From assembly GCF_964204645.1 (NCBI RefSeq), contig NC_134028.1, positions 19,475,653 through 19,539,652 on the forward strand: 64,000 bases of DNA, given 5' to 3'. The notes beneath the pieces were generated by a model. It had not been told where the DNA came from and searched no databases. It worked only from the letters and a program-made list of their open reading frames with translations. Of the stretch, positions 1 to 12,900 are shown piece by piece (within the stretch, counting starts at the first letter, position 1; each line of letters begins with the position of its first letter). Both the position numbers and the translations under genes were made by a program. The DNA is from Tubulanus polymorphus (taxonomy: Eukaryota; Animalia; Nemertea).

Positions 1-470
1 TATTGATCCTTCCTCTCCATTTCGATGACTGACGAGAGAGGTGGAACCTCACTGGTAGGTGTATGTATCGAAGGTACTTGAGTGAATGGCAAAATGTAAA
101 AAATGTATATAAAGTTGTAAAATGAAATTGTAATAAAGTTGTTTGTGATAAAATGTGTAAAAAATATTCATTCATTTTTCAATTTAGAATTCTGTATAAA
201 CTAATTCAATTACAGCAGGGATCTCAAATAAAAATTCAATCCCAATTTAATGCTAAAGTTCTTTAGTTTGTTTGGTTTTGTTTGCGTTGACGAGGAATTA
301 AAATGACTGAGTATTACTCAATGAAACGAGAGCTGTCGTTAACAAAACAGGTCCCGACTGACTAACGTTCCTATTCCACTGCCACATATAGTACCAGTAT
401 ACACAGTACTGCGCTGTCATTGTGTTACTATGTTCAAGATATGTAGGATCGAATTCATGGCGAAGGCAAA

Positions 471-3400
471 ATGAGAGAATTGAGGATCATTATACATCGT
501 GTTTTATTGATCTGTTTATGTTTTCCTGGTGAGTTCCAGTCCACAATCTTCTCGCTCGGTATCCAATCAAACAAATTGGTAAAATGATAATAGGGAATTA
601 GACTTTAAGAATTTCGGTAGAATAAGAAACGTGGAAACGTTTTATATAAATGAGAACTTAAAGTTTAGGAAAAGTGTCTAGAATATTAGATGAGGGGCTC
701 AATCTCAAAAGAGGACTAAATACGACCGAGAGGGTTCAGTATCAAATGAAAGGACTGTGATACAGGACCCAGTTCCACAGTTCTTGATTAACTTTTAACT
801 CAGAGGTAAATTCCCTATATCAGACTTAGTTTCTGAGTTAAAAACTAACTCTGTGCCAGATTCAATCAAGAACTGCGGAACGGGTCCAGGTGTATCAAGT
901 GAGGATTTCGTAAATGTATATATTGAATTGAGTGGCATTTTTCTCTGGGACCTTTTCTATTCAAATGAATGCTTTTTTCTGTATTGAATGAGGATATGAT
1001 GAGGGTCATTTTCTGTATTGAACGAGGGTTATGTTGTGTGGGACATTAGGTTTTTTTTCTGTATTGAATAAGCGCTCTATGAATTTTAAGGCATTACCTG
1101 GTATTTCTAGTATATATGTATATGTATGTACGTATGTGTGTATAAGGCACTAGGAATGCGGACACCACTTGATCGAGTGTCGTCGTCTTAAATTAATATT
1201 ATTTATTACTAAGCTGAAGTCAACAATCACAGGTAGGGCGGGTTTTACTAAAAACTTGAGTCTTTTCTGTCGACGGTACAGAAGATTCGCCGAATTTTTT
1301 CTTTATACATGTTTTTCTACATAATAGATATATTTTTGTACGTGTCCCACCCGAACCAGTTCACTTCTTTAATTACCAAATCGCACGAGGCCTATACTTA
1401 AGAACTTGGGCAACAAAGATCTTTTCTTTCCGATTGTCAGCATCTGACCCTGATTGATAAAACAAAGCGTGGGTGTGCGCAGATAATACACTAATCAAGT
1501 AATAATCAAATATTTCATAACAGAACTATACAACGCAGTGGTAAAGAACAGTTAAACTGTCTGCCACAGGTTAAGCGGTGTGGGTGACGAGAGTCTTTGA
1601 AGGCTTCAATGACTCTCAGGAAACACTACAGAAATGTAATTTTCCATTAGCAATTTTTCCAACCACTCTTCTACGTGGTTTTTCTCACGAAAAAGTCACG
1701 GCGATTTGTCTGCGTGTTTAAGCTTTGTCACCCAGTAATTTTTGGTAGATTTTTACCACAATGAAACGTTTTAAGTGCCTAAGATGACTTAATGTAATGC
1801 GAACGCATGTACTTTATACTATAAAACGTCCCCTGAAAACATCGATTTTTTTTTCTCATCGACGTGTTTAAAGATCAATTTGTTGACCGGATAAAGGTTA
1901 GAGCTCGGGCCGAATATGGGGCGTTCTTGGAGTTTGAAAAAACATTGGACCCGTTCATCGATAGTGGCCTAAACATAATTTGCCGCATCAATTAACAAAG
2001 ATCACTCATTGGTGACATTTTATCGTTAGTTTTCGTTCAAAATATGCCTTTGAAAATTACTGGATTCGAAACGAAATCGTAGTGATATGAAGCAATAATT
2101 TGTTAAACTTGAAAAATGTTCAACCAATTTCGCCCCAATATGTCAGACTCCAGGACTCTAAGATTTACGCGTCCTGTGACTTTTCTGTGAGAAAAAAAGT
2201 TGCAAAAAAGTCGGCAGAAAAATTACCCACCTGGAAATAACTTTTCCGCGGAAATAGAAAGTCATACAATTGGTTCGAGTGGCGCAGTCAAAAGTTAGAA
2301 AATTTGACCACGCCCTCTCTCATATTCTTAACTTCTTACAGGTGTTTATGGTATGGAAGATGTCACGGGGATTATAATTGGTTGCTCAGTCGGTGGTTCG
2401 GTGTTTATCGCTATTCTCATATTCATTACCTATTATTTCTGCATGTAAGTATCTTTTATTTACAATCATTGCAAAAATAGGAGATAGAAATTTGAATGTG
2501 AAGACAGATAGTACTTAATACAGTATAGGTTATTTTGATTTCAGTGAAAATCGTTCGCTTCCACGTTAGCTGTGAAAGCTCGTATTTTCGATCCTACTCT
2601 GTCATCTCACTTTCTCATTTCACACTATTGATTAATAACACAGTTCCAATACTATTCTCATTGCGCTGCAAACTTAACAAATTATCCAGATGCCCAAAGA
2701 CACTATCCCTTGAGGCCAAGCCCCTGCACCCGGAAAAGTTGGTTGTCTAGGCGGTTTGACCAAAAGGTCTGAGCCAGATTAACCAAGTTACGGCCCTTCA
2801 AAGTTGATGCCTAGTTTCTCACCCAAACCTCTTTTCTAGACATGACGAGGGCGGGCGAGCGAATTTATTTGTTTAGGAGCTTTATTTTCATATTGTCCAA
2901 GGAGACCAGGGCGGGAGGTTTTTTCCTTCTAAATCCAAAATTATTCACCGTATAATACTTATATGAGACGAGGGCGGGAGTTTTTCAGAATCTCGATCCC
3001 TACGTGGACAGAACCAAGAAATTTGAATTATTCTCTTAATCTTAAACATCTGAACCACATAATTTCAAACAAATGCAGTATAAAATGGCATATAATCTCC
3101 ACGGTCACGCCCAAACATTTTGTGAATGGATGGGAATGCCATCCTTATTATCATACCTAAGGCTATAAATCGAATAGACCAAAGAACACTATGCTAATTT
3201 TTCTCTTGATTGACTGGTTTATTAGAGTACAACTCACTGAAGGTCTCTTCTACTCGGTTATTTTGACTTGCTCCGGCCAGTTCATCATAGGTTCAAATTG
3301 AAATGATCAGTAAGTACATTACTAATTACACAATACTGATTATCGTTAAAAGTGAAATGCATAAAAAATATTACTGTATACAATGCATCAGCACGCGCGC

Positions 3401-6400
3401 GTGAGGTTTTCATTCAAAAAAGGAAGAGCCGACCGTAAGCAATCTGATGTGGGTTTCGGACTTTCATTTTTATTTTGGCTTTCGGGAGTGGCGCGGGCGG
3501 CTTCGCAATTTGATGAGAGACAAGTTATCAATTTTGAAGGGCCTAAGGTCTGAAGGGCACTTCAACCACTCTTCGAAATGGTTGTTTCCATTGTGATTGT
3601 GCTTGGTAAAAGGAAGTTAAAGAAACAGTGGCAAATTATTCTAGGTCAGTTTATTTTAGAATAGATACATGGTGGCTGATCCGAGCCATGACGTGAAATC
3701 TTGATACGCAAATCAGGCCAAACGAAAAAACGCCAAAACAAAAGAATTTTCTTTAAAAAATCCGTTTTCGTGCCCCCCCCCCCGCTCTGAAACAACGATC
3801 GAACGTCGATTTTTCTAAAAATCAGAATTCCGTGGTTGAATGTTTGTCTTGGCGGGGGCCTGAAATACGAATTAACCGCGCTAAAACGCCAAAAAAATCC
3901 GTTTTGGTATCCCAAAGTAGATTTCTAATCGGTTTTGGCGCGCCAAAATAGATTGCTGTTCTGGCAAAACGGATTTTAAAAATACAACTCGATGGTTTTT
4001 GGCTTTCTGACGCCTCATTTACATATGGCCTGAATCAGCCACCATAAGATATTCAGAAAAGTATCTATTTCTGCTTCGTGGCTACGCCTCTCTCTTCATG
4101 TACACAACTGGACAACGCGACCCCCATTTTGAATTCTCGGAACGGCCCCACTGGGGTAGGGCCAGCCATGTCTTAGGCTCTACCGAGGGGGACATTCAGA
4201 GTAAGCAAATATAATTTTCTATTTTCAGCAGAGAAGATTCAAACCGGAAACTTGGGACCAGCACTAAATCTAAAATGAAATATCGTAGGAAAAAACCAGT
4301 ACCCATGACAACACGACCTTATACTCATACATTCAGTATAGACAGACGGGTTTTAGAGAGACCAGTATCAGCGCCATCGATCGCACAAAATCAGAACCGT
4401 TATCCCAGTCTTCACACGTATCAACCTAGAATCTGGATGACTAGTTTAGATAGAGCTGATAACACAAGACGTAACGGGCTCGATTCCGGGCGAACCGCAG
4501 CGGATAGTTTTAAGACTGCGTCATTAGATAGACTGGATCCTGAGAGAAATCGAGCCTTTTCAGATCCGACGTTTTATAACGGTAAAGAAACGTCAGTAAA
4601 TATATATCTGAAACACGACGCCGGGTCTTTTTTGCCGGAAAAGGGACATTTCCACCTAAATAAATCACACGTGGCGAAACAAGAATTGAAATTATATTCG
4701 AACAATAGCCTCAAGCTTGGCTTAAAAATCTTATCCTTAACTGCAGTAACGAAACGTAACCCTAGCTCACTCAACAACCCTAACACTATAGCATGTAGGC
4801 TCGAATGATCTGCGGCCTCCATCATGCCAGCCGAGCGCGCTAACTATACTCCAAACTTTGAGGGTTCGCCTGGTCAAAGTCGTGTGTTGGCTATTTTCAT
4901 TTATGAGCGCGACCAGTTGTGGTCACTCATTTGTGGTTTTACTTCATTTTCCTGCACTGTGTCCTTGAATCTAGTAAATTTGAAAAATATTTTGAACGAT
5001 AATTAACGAAAAATGTCATTAAAGTGAAACGTTTAAATAGATACCAATTTTCTTTAGGTCGGCATCAGGGCAACCTTTGTCGATGAGTGAAGGGGAGAGG
5101 GGGTCAGCCTGTCATAATCTCGTTTTGTTTGTTTTTTTTTGTGTTCAGCAACAGATCTTTCTTTAGAATTTTATGCTATCCCCTCAACCTCTTTTAATCC
5201 GGTTAGTACCGCGCCCGCTGCTTTCTTTCCTATACCTTCCCATATATTCTTACTTCCCAATTCGGTTCTTTTATTTTGATAATAGCTACTTCGAAACAGG
5301 CGAAATAGGTGTTACTATTCGAAAATATGTGAAACTCATTTCTATTGCCTGCAATTGCAGGATGCAGACATGAAGCATTTTGGGGGAACTATTTCAGTTA
5401 TACATTTCCCGGCTCATTAAACGAATATCAAATGCCGGGCAATGCGAGACAATCAGTACGGTAACGGGAAGATGTAGCCTGTCGTTCTTTGATAACCATT
5501 TGTGAGTGCGTTCAGGTGGGTACGGGCCCGAACTCCACTTAGTACATATGCATCTATCTATCTATCGGCAGCCGAAATTTCACAGAAAAATCCTGGCCAC
5601 GTTCTGAAGCGCGTAGTCGCTAGCGTCCCTGTCAACCTCTTATAACGAGTTTTTTAGGACCACATAACGCGTTGACGTAGCGTAGGTGCCAGTCACCAAA
5701 TCAAGTTTGAATCTCAACGTCGGTCTGATGATTCCCTTAAAACCTGTTAATCGTTGAGCAACATTCTATAATCGATTTTCTTGTTTCAAATAGTTCTGTT
5801 ATATATTTTGTAGATTATCAAAAGAAGAACCCTTTATTTATGCCAAACGATGATACACACAGTAAAGTATACAGTTTTACTAAAGATTATTCAGAAGACA
5901 CGGTGGATAATAATAAAACATGGAAGACGGATGAACTAGCTACCAGTGAGAAAAGTGATTCAGGGTTCGGTCGATCAAGTGCTTCTATAAAGCACATCCG
6001 TATAGCCACAGAACTATCATCGCCTACTTATAGTACATTAGAGGACTTAGATTTACCCCCTGAAATACACCACCATCAGGAGGTGACACAACGCCACGAG
6101 GACCCTGAACATGCGTTATACGCAGTCCCCAGTTTTAAGAAGCGCCCACCTCCCCTACCCCCACGAAGTGACGAGGGTGATGACTACCCTCCACCTCCTC
6201 AAGCCTCCTCACCCACTCACAGTGAGAATATCTCAGTAAATATTCTAGCCACCGCAACCACTAATCCCGCTGATAAGGACAGCAGGACGAGAGAACGCAC
6301 TTTGAGTGTAGTTACATCTACTAGTGATTACACCCGTCAAGGTAAAGTATAAAATTTTCAACTCGTGAAACTCAAATGCCAAACCCACGTACAAGTCGTT

Positions 6401-6565
6401 ATAATCATGAAATATCAATTCATGAAGTCAATTTCTGATATTTCAGGTAAGGAAGTTACGTCCTCGGCTTTTCAGTTTTTGGAAGATTACGCGACATCAG
6501 AAAAAGATGAATCAAACAACACAGTAATATCAGAGGTGATAGTACATAGACCGGCAGACGGTTAG
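471..6565 (+). CDS. Spliced gene (5 coding exons: 471-528, 2342-2444, 4229-4581, 5814-6341, 6447-6565) for an ~386-aa type I single-pass membrane protein with a very short ectodomain and a long Ser/Pro-rich cytoplasmic tail
   Basis: All four introns are GT-AG and the phases join in frame. The protein has a signal peptide (MRELRIIIHRVLLICLCFPGVYG), a TM helix (GIIIGCSVGGSVFIAILIFITYYFC), then the frames of ORFs 4275, 5840 and 6365. AATAAA lies at ~6754. Confidence 0.8.
766..886. mobile_element. Small MITE (~120 bp) with ~25-bp TIRs
   Basis: GACCCAGTTCCACAGTTCTTGATT ... AATCAAGAACTGCGGAACGGGTC, flanked by CAG on both sides (possible 3-bp TSD, PIF/Harbinger-like). Confidence 0.55.
3668..4046. 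mobile_element. Diverged non-autonomous element related to the 26461 transposon family
   Basis: Ends (C)ATGGTGGCTGAT ... ATCAGCCACCATA, internal decayed CGCCAAAA / TTTTGGCGCGCCAAAA modules, AGATA on both flanks. Confidence 0.7.
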
Positions 6566-7586
6566 TACACCCCAGACGATTACTATCACAACTACTGCAA
6601 CCCTACCGGTCTATTGAAAAACTATATCTAATTACTATTGTATTGCAGGTACACCTGGTTGACGTTTAATCTCAGTCCATGTTTATGAAATACTCCTGAA
6701 TTCATTGTAATTTTCATGTTAGTCTACATTTAACTGTGATATAATTTACTATAAATAAAACATTCGTATGATATTTAATTGTTATCTATACAAAACCGCT
6801 TTATTGTCGTTGAGTGAATCCATCTCTCCACCCTCCTCCCACCACTGACTGTCTACTATAGCTAGCTCTCTCATCAGCTCGACTCTAGTCTGAGAGTATT
6901 CTCCGTTTGTTCTCCTCGTGGATTAACGCTACGAGACTATGATCAGGTAAAACCATGTTTATCATTCGAACACGAAAATGAAAAGTTAGTTAAAAGATAA
7001 TCATAATCATTCTGACATTGTTTTCATTCAGGTATAGAATTTCACTCGCATTTAACAGAATATCAAAGTATTATCTAAAATGTAACGAAATTCAACCATG
7101 TTGAACCGTGAAATGAAGATTTCAAATCATAAAAGTTTCTTCTACTTTTCAATTTTCGATAGTTATGTCGAATGCTAATGTATCATTGAATTCGTGATAA
7201 AATCAGAAAATGTTTATTTCTGATGATTTTGAATATTTTGCAGTAAATTAGTGAATAATGTATTTTGTAAGACGCATATGTAGAATAAGAATAACACCCC
7301 CCACTCGACTGATTGGAGCAGCTGGTGTTGTGTAGGCTGTAGTTTAATACATTTATATCTATTGTTTTAATATAGAATTATCAATTGTATACACGTCATA
7401 CCTGTAGACAACACATACACGATACATATCCGACATACTTACTTGAACCTAGCACAATACATTGTTATCATGGACGCAAATGATCGTGTATATACCGTAC
7501 ATATTTTACCTACTTACTAAAGATTATATAGATTTATTCGTTAATGATTTCAATACTTCGATTCTTTTGATTGATACAGATGTAAA

Positions 7587-8588
7587 ATGAAAGTATGGGT
7601 ACGTATATACGCATGCGCATTGCTGGTTTTTGATGCGTGTATAAGAACAGAATCGCAGGGGACGCCAACTGTGCAGGGCCGTCCAGAATGGGGCCCGCCA
7701 CCTCTAACTCAAAGATATCTACAACCTTGGGATCATTATCAAATGTTTATGCGAGCGCCACGCCCAGCATGGCCGACATCATCTGTCGCAGTACCATGGG
7801 GTCAAGCCCCCTGGTGGGAGCAGCAGCAGCAACAACCAGCAACCCCGAAATCACCAATTCGAATTACTGAACAACTAGTTGAATATTGTCACAGGAGACC
7901 TAATGATAACGCATGTAGAGGTATTCCCCGTATTGACTGTAGTAAGTATGATCTTCTATATCTGATTGGTCCAATCATTGACTTCGTGTATTCATTCACT
8001 TTCACTGTGACCTCATCTCCACTTTGTGACCTCGTCATCCCATTCCCTCTAACTGTGACCTTTTTTCTCCACTGTTTGTTAGACGCGTGGTTACCGGAAG
8101 GTGATGTTAAAGTTGCTCGAATTGTAAAACGTGATGAAATAAAGACTATTGAGACTCTTCACCCATATGCGTCAGAACACGACATCAACTGGATTATTTA
8201 CACAGTCTGTGGACAGGTATATTATACTCTGTTACTGATAATTTGTAGGCCTACCGGATTTTACAAGAAGAGAGAGAACTGTTTATAACTGTGTTTAATC
8301 AATTGTTTGCAGAATTTACAGTTTCGAGTTGTCAGTATCGAGTTGTCTCCGCCGATAGATGGTGTTTGTAAAGCTGATTATGTACAAGTTAGTTTATATG
8401 GAGATGTAGGGAAGATGGAACCAGCAATGTGCGGTTCCGTACCAGACAGGTCGCAAGACAGAAAAACTTCAATTGAAAATTCTTTATTCATCAAATTCAA
8501 AGCATCCACGAATACATTAATGCCTCGTTTGGGAGGTTTTATTCTACAAGTTCGTGTGGCTTCCGATTCGCCCTGGCCGCGGTATTAA
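7587..8588 (+). CDS. Secreted CUB-domain protein (exons 7587-7941, 8083-8216, 8313-8588) with a Pro/Gln/Trp-rich N-terminal region
   Basis: Signal peptide MKVWVRIYACALLVFDAC. GT-AG introns join in frame. The C-terminal part shows the CUB pattern C..DYVQV...CG...S.ENSLFIKF....GF. Confidence 0.75.
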
Positions 8589-8799
8589 AAATCGTTCACG
8601 TGCCACAGTTCGTTGATCTTCAAGAAATCACTCACCATCTGCCACAGTTCACTCAGGCTCTCTCTTTGTTCAATAGATAAATAAATCAACTCTAAGTAAA
8701 CACGAGTATTGTTGATTCTGATTTTTTTCACGCAACCGAGATATTCAAGGTTTTCTTCAGATCTTTCCTCAGTATATGACCACAAGAATAACGACCAAA

Positions 8800-11700
8800 T
8801 CTAATGTATCTTTTATTATCTGGTAAAATTCTATTAAAATCAATCAAATTGACCAAAGGTGTTCGAGATTTCAAAATTGAAAAAGCAAAAGGTTCTATGA
8901 TTAAACCTAGAATTAAATGGAGACAATTCGGCGAGCAAATTATACAATTTTTTGCAAATTATGAAAAACAACGCGCTAAAGCGAATCATATCAGGACTCT
9001 CAAAAACCATTAGGCGAAATCAAAACTGGTCAGAAAAACATATTGAAAAAACTCAACTTGAAATTCTGTAAAGACCTATATAGAAAGAAAGAAACGGATA
9101 TAGAAAACCAAAATCTATTTCTGACAAATTTATCCGAATTAATCTCTATAATGAAAAGAAACTTCAGCATGTCATGAAATTAGAATTGACAATGAAATTG
9201 ACAATTGGTTGAAAATTAACAATTGGTTGGACTGAGTGCTTTGAGGAGTACGAGTTTTGTAGCGTTGGGAAATTAAAGGATTTTTTGAAAGAAAGGAGAC
9301 TCTCTGTGCTGATTGCAAAGGTGACCTAGTTGAGAGCCTATCTTTGCGTTTGAACAGAATGCACCGCTCATGGTTGGAGACTATAGAACAAAATCAAGGT
9401 GTCAAAATCAATATGTGGCTCAGTTGAATGTTGCAAAAATGGATGTCGACCCTCTAAAACAGAATATTCAATGGGGGACAGATATGATATTCATGATATT
9501 GGAATTTGATATCAGTAAGGTTTTCTGTCATGTTTTCCAGCAAGAAGGTCGATATTCAGTAAATTCATCGTATGATCCCAGAATGAGGGATTACGAGAGA
9601 GGCTTATGTTTTTAACATGTCATAACGGTTAAATTGATGGCCACCATTTAACCATGGACTCCAAAACGTTTGTGAGTCCATGATTTCACCGAACACAAAT
9701 TCGGCGCTAGGCTGGACTGACTGCACAGTTCAAACTTCAATAGCGGGGAAAACCGGATCCCGAAAGCAAGCTTAAACGAATGCTCCCGCCAATATTGTAC
9801 AAACAAGATAGGGATTATAATCTCAATATATCCCTATGGAAAATGTGAAGAAATTGAATGTCATTTAAGATTTCTTGTCACAAATCTCAACGTTCAGTGA
9901 AATGGCGTTGCGCAGTGGGAGACCCCTTTGGCGCGTAATCTCGAACTCTAGCGGTTACACATCAGTCATTAGGGAAGGTATTTAATAAAATTCAACGCAA
10001 GCTAAAACTGCAAATAATGCTCTTTAACCTCAGTAAAGATGGAAAATCTAGCTTTACTAACCACTTTCAAAATTAATAAAAATCGCAATTTTTTTGACGC
10101 GCGGTTAGTATGCGGTCCTTGGTTTCACATCGACATTGCTCTTAATTGTTGCATTCAAAAATTCCAAGAATCACCGGCAAATATCTGCATTTCATTTCCT
10201 TTAAAATGGTCTATGAATTAATTTAATCGAGCAAGGGACTGCAGAGGTATGACATTCAATCAAAACTTATGTTTCAAAAATGAGCGTAAGTTACCAACAA
10301 TGGGGACCTCGAGGGACCGCCACAGAATGGCGCCTAGAAACTGGAAACTTCTTTATTAGACTTGATCGGTTATGTTGATAATGATAATTTAGAAGCATTT
10401 TTGGTAACCATTGATCAAATGAAAGTGTTCGATCGACGTGTTGACTGGCAATATATGTTTAAAACTTTAGAATCTTTTGGCATTGGAGATAATCTAATTC
10501 GATACATCAAAACCGGCTATTCAAATCCAAAATCAAAAATATATGGCAGATAGTAACAGCTTCTTAACTATACCTTTCACATCAGAAAGGCGTAAAAAGG
10601 CGTACGTAACCTACGAGCAATTATCTAACTCGTGCCCCATGAGCGCAATACTCTACGATAGCAGCAGAACCGCAAGCAATCACAATACGAGAAAACAATT
10701 ACATCAAAGGAGTATAGCTACCATGACACAGAAATTAAGATCAAACAATACGCTGACGACACCACGCTATGTTTAACCGACGTCTTCACCACTTTGTTAA
10801 TTTTGCACTTTTTGAACGAGTATTTGGGTGCAAAAATTAATAAAGATAAAACTGAATGTATGTATTGGATCTTGGAAAACTAGAAACGATAAACCTTTAT
10901 ACCTAAATTGGAGGAAATCAAAGAAAATTTATGGTATCCATTTCAGAAATGGTACTGAAATGAATACTGATGATTTAAACTGGAATCCAAAAATTGATAA
11001 AATTAAAAATATAACAGCCCTTCGGTGCCAAACTAAATTATCTTAACACGGAAAAAGGTCGTCATTAACAATATTACCGATTTTATGGTACACTTCCGAG
11101 ATATTTCCAACTCCGGATATATACATCAAAATCCTTGAACCAAAAATCGTAAATTTCCTATTGGATAATGGAAAATGCCTTGTCGGTAAAGACATACATG
11201 AAATTCAAAAAGAATCGAACACGGAGGCTTTGACATACACAACATAAAATACAGACAACAAACAGGCAATGAGGACGATAACCACGCTCTAAGACCAACA
11301 AAACCTGAAAACCGCTTATTGACTACAATTTAGGGTAAAACCTTGGCCCAGGCTGGATTATTTCAAACGTCAAATTCGAAACGAGGTACCGAAAAAAACA
11401 TTACAAACGACTGTTAGACATTTATCAAAATCACAGACAGCTTTCCAACAACATTTGACTCCAAATGAAACCATTACCGAAATTCTGCAAAACCCTATCT
11501 TTGACAATCCTAAAAATAAACTAAGAAAACCCATTCACAGAAAACATGCAACACGGTATAACTAATCTGCTATTAGATAACCGTGATAATTACAAACCAC
11601 TTATCGAAACTCCACTAACAAATAAATCGAAATACGCAAGCAACGTGATACCGCAACATTGGAAACTAATTCTATCAGACCTTAATTAAAACCATGGTGG

Positions 11701-11870
11701 GTTACCAAAAATGTTCAATTTCACAACATAAGTTGCACCAAAAGACACATTTAATCATCTCAAGTTAACATTTAGAATTCTACAATTCAAAAGTCTCCAT
11801 CAAATCACACCGACTGGGCAAACAAAATTACTGAAATGTCTTGAATTGAAGGGAAGTAATTCATGGAAAA
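8800..11870 (+). pseudogene. Decayed L1/Tx1-type LINE ORF2 (RT) fragments (~8800-9180 and ~10350-11870), interrupted by other repeats
   Basis: AKGSMIKPRIKWRQFGEQIIQFFANYEKQR resembles the L1/Tx1 ORF2 'RSR.KW...GEK.T.YF..LEK.R' motif. IDQMKVFDRVDWQYMFKTLESFGIG resembles the RT 'D..KAFD.V.W' motif. Many stops and frameshifts. Confidence 0.7.
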
Positions 11871-11880
11871 GTAATTCATC

Positions 11881-12900
11881 AGTCAGGAGCAACTGTTGAA
11901 TACATCGACCAACTACTCTCGAAAATTAGCTCCAATATTGCCCATCCCGATTCTGTTGAAAGTGTCGTGGTCCATCTCGGCACTAACGACATTAATCGAC
12001 ATACTCCGAGGTTGACAATGTTAAAATGAACTTCACCATTGGGATAGCGAAAGTTCAGGAGCATTTTCCGAATTCGAAAATTTGCGTATCAAGCATTATA
12101 CCTAAGAAGGGATCATCTCCTACCGTAAAAGATTATAATGCAGCGTTTGGTTTCGTAAATAAATATATGGAGGCGTTTTGTGTTAAGCAAAATATGATTT
12201 ATATAAATAATGATGTGATCATCAAACCTACAGGCAATATTCGAGATAGGTATTACAATGTCAGTGATAGTCGCGGGGTGCATCTTAATGATTTAGGAAA
12301 GTCGGCACTTTCCAGTAACTTTGAATCTGCTCTTAAGCCTGACGACAAAGTTACATCTACGCCATCAAATAACAAAAGAAAGAACAGATCGGTGACCTCT
12401 CCACCCAGCGCTGAAAAATTAGCGAAAAAACCAAATGTGGAATCAGATGGCGATGATGAATAAGACTCTTGACAGTGTGACCCGACTCGGGTCAATGTTG
12501 ACATTAATGTGTTCACTCGACTAGAACATTTATTCTATGGTTGATATATCAGTCAATAACACCTGTCGTTATCACGACGAAAATGAATTACTCTCATGTG
12601 GAGATAATTTATCTTTTTTTCTCATAATGCCAGGAGTTTCAATTCAAATTTTGATAAAATTACGGATTTTCTCTACTATTCGGCTAATAAATTTTCTGTA
12701 ATAGGATTCACAGAGACATGGGCAAATGATGACCACGAAAATAATATAATGTATAATATGGGGGTGAAACCCAGGGTGGTGGAGTAAAAAATGGAACTCA
12801 GTCTGATTTCTTTGACAGTTTCATCAGCCTAAGACAATGAGATAATTTGTCTCCTCTTTTTTCTGTCATTATCAACGACCTAGAGTCGTATCTCTGTAGT
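11881..12900 (+). pseudogene. CR1/L2-type LINE fragment: ORF1 SGNH-esterase domain followed by a decayed APE endonuclease start
   Basis: SGATV...VVVHLGTNDI (SGNH blocks II/III) and, after a frameshift, DSRGVHLNDLG (block V). Downstream remnant FSVIGFTETW is typical of LINE endonucleases. Confidence 0.65.
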
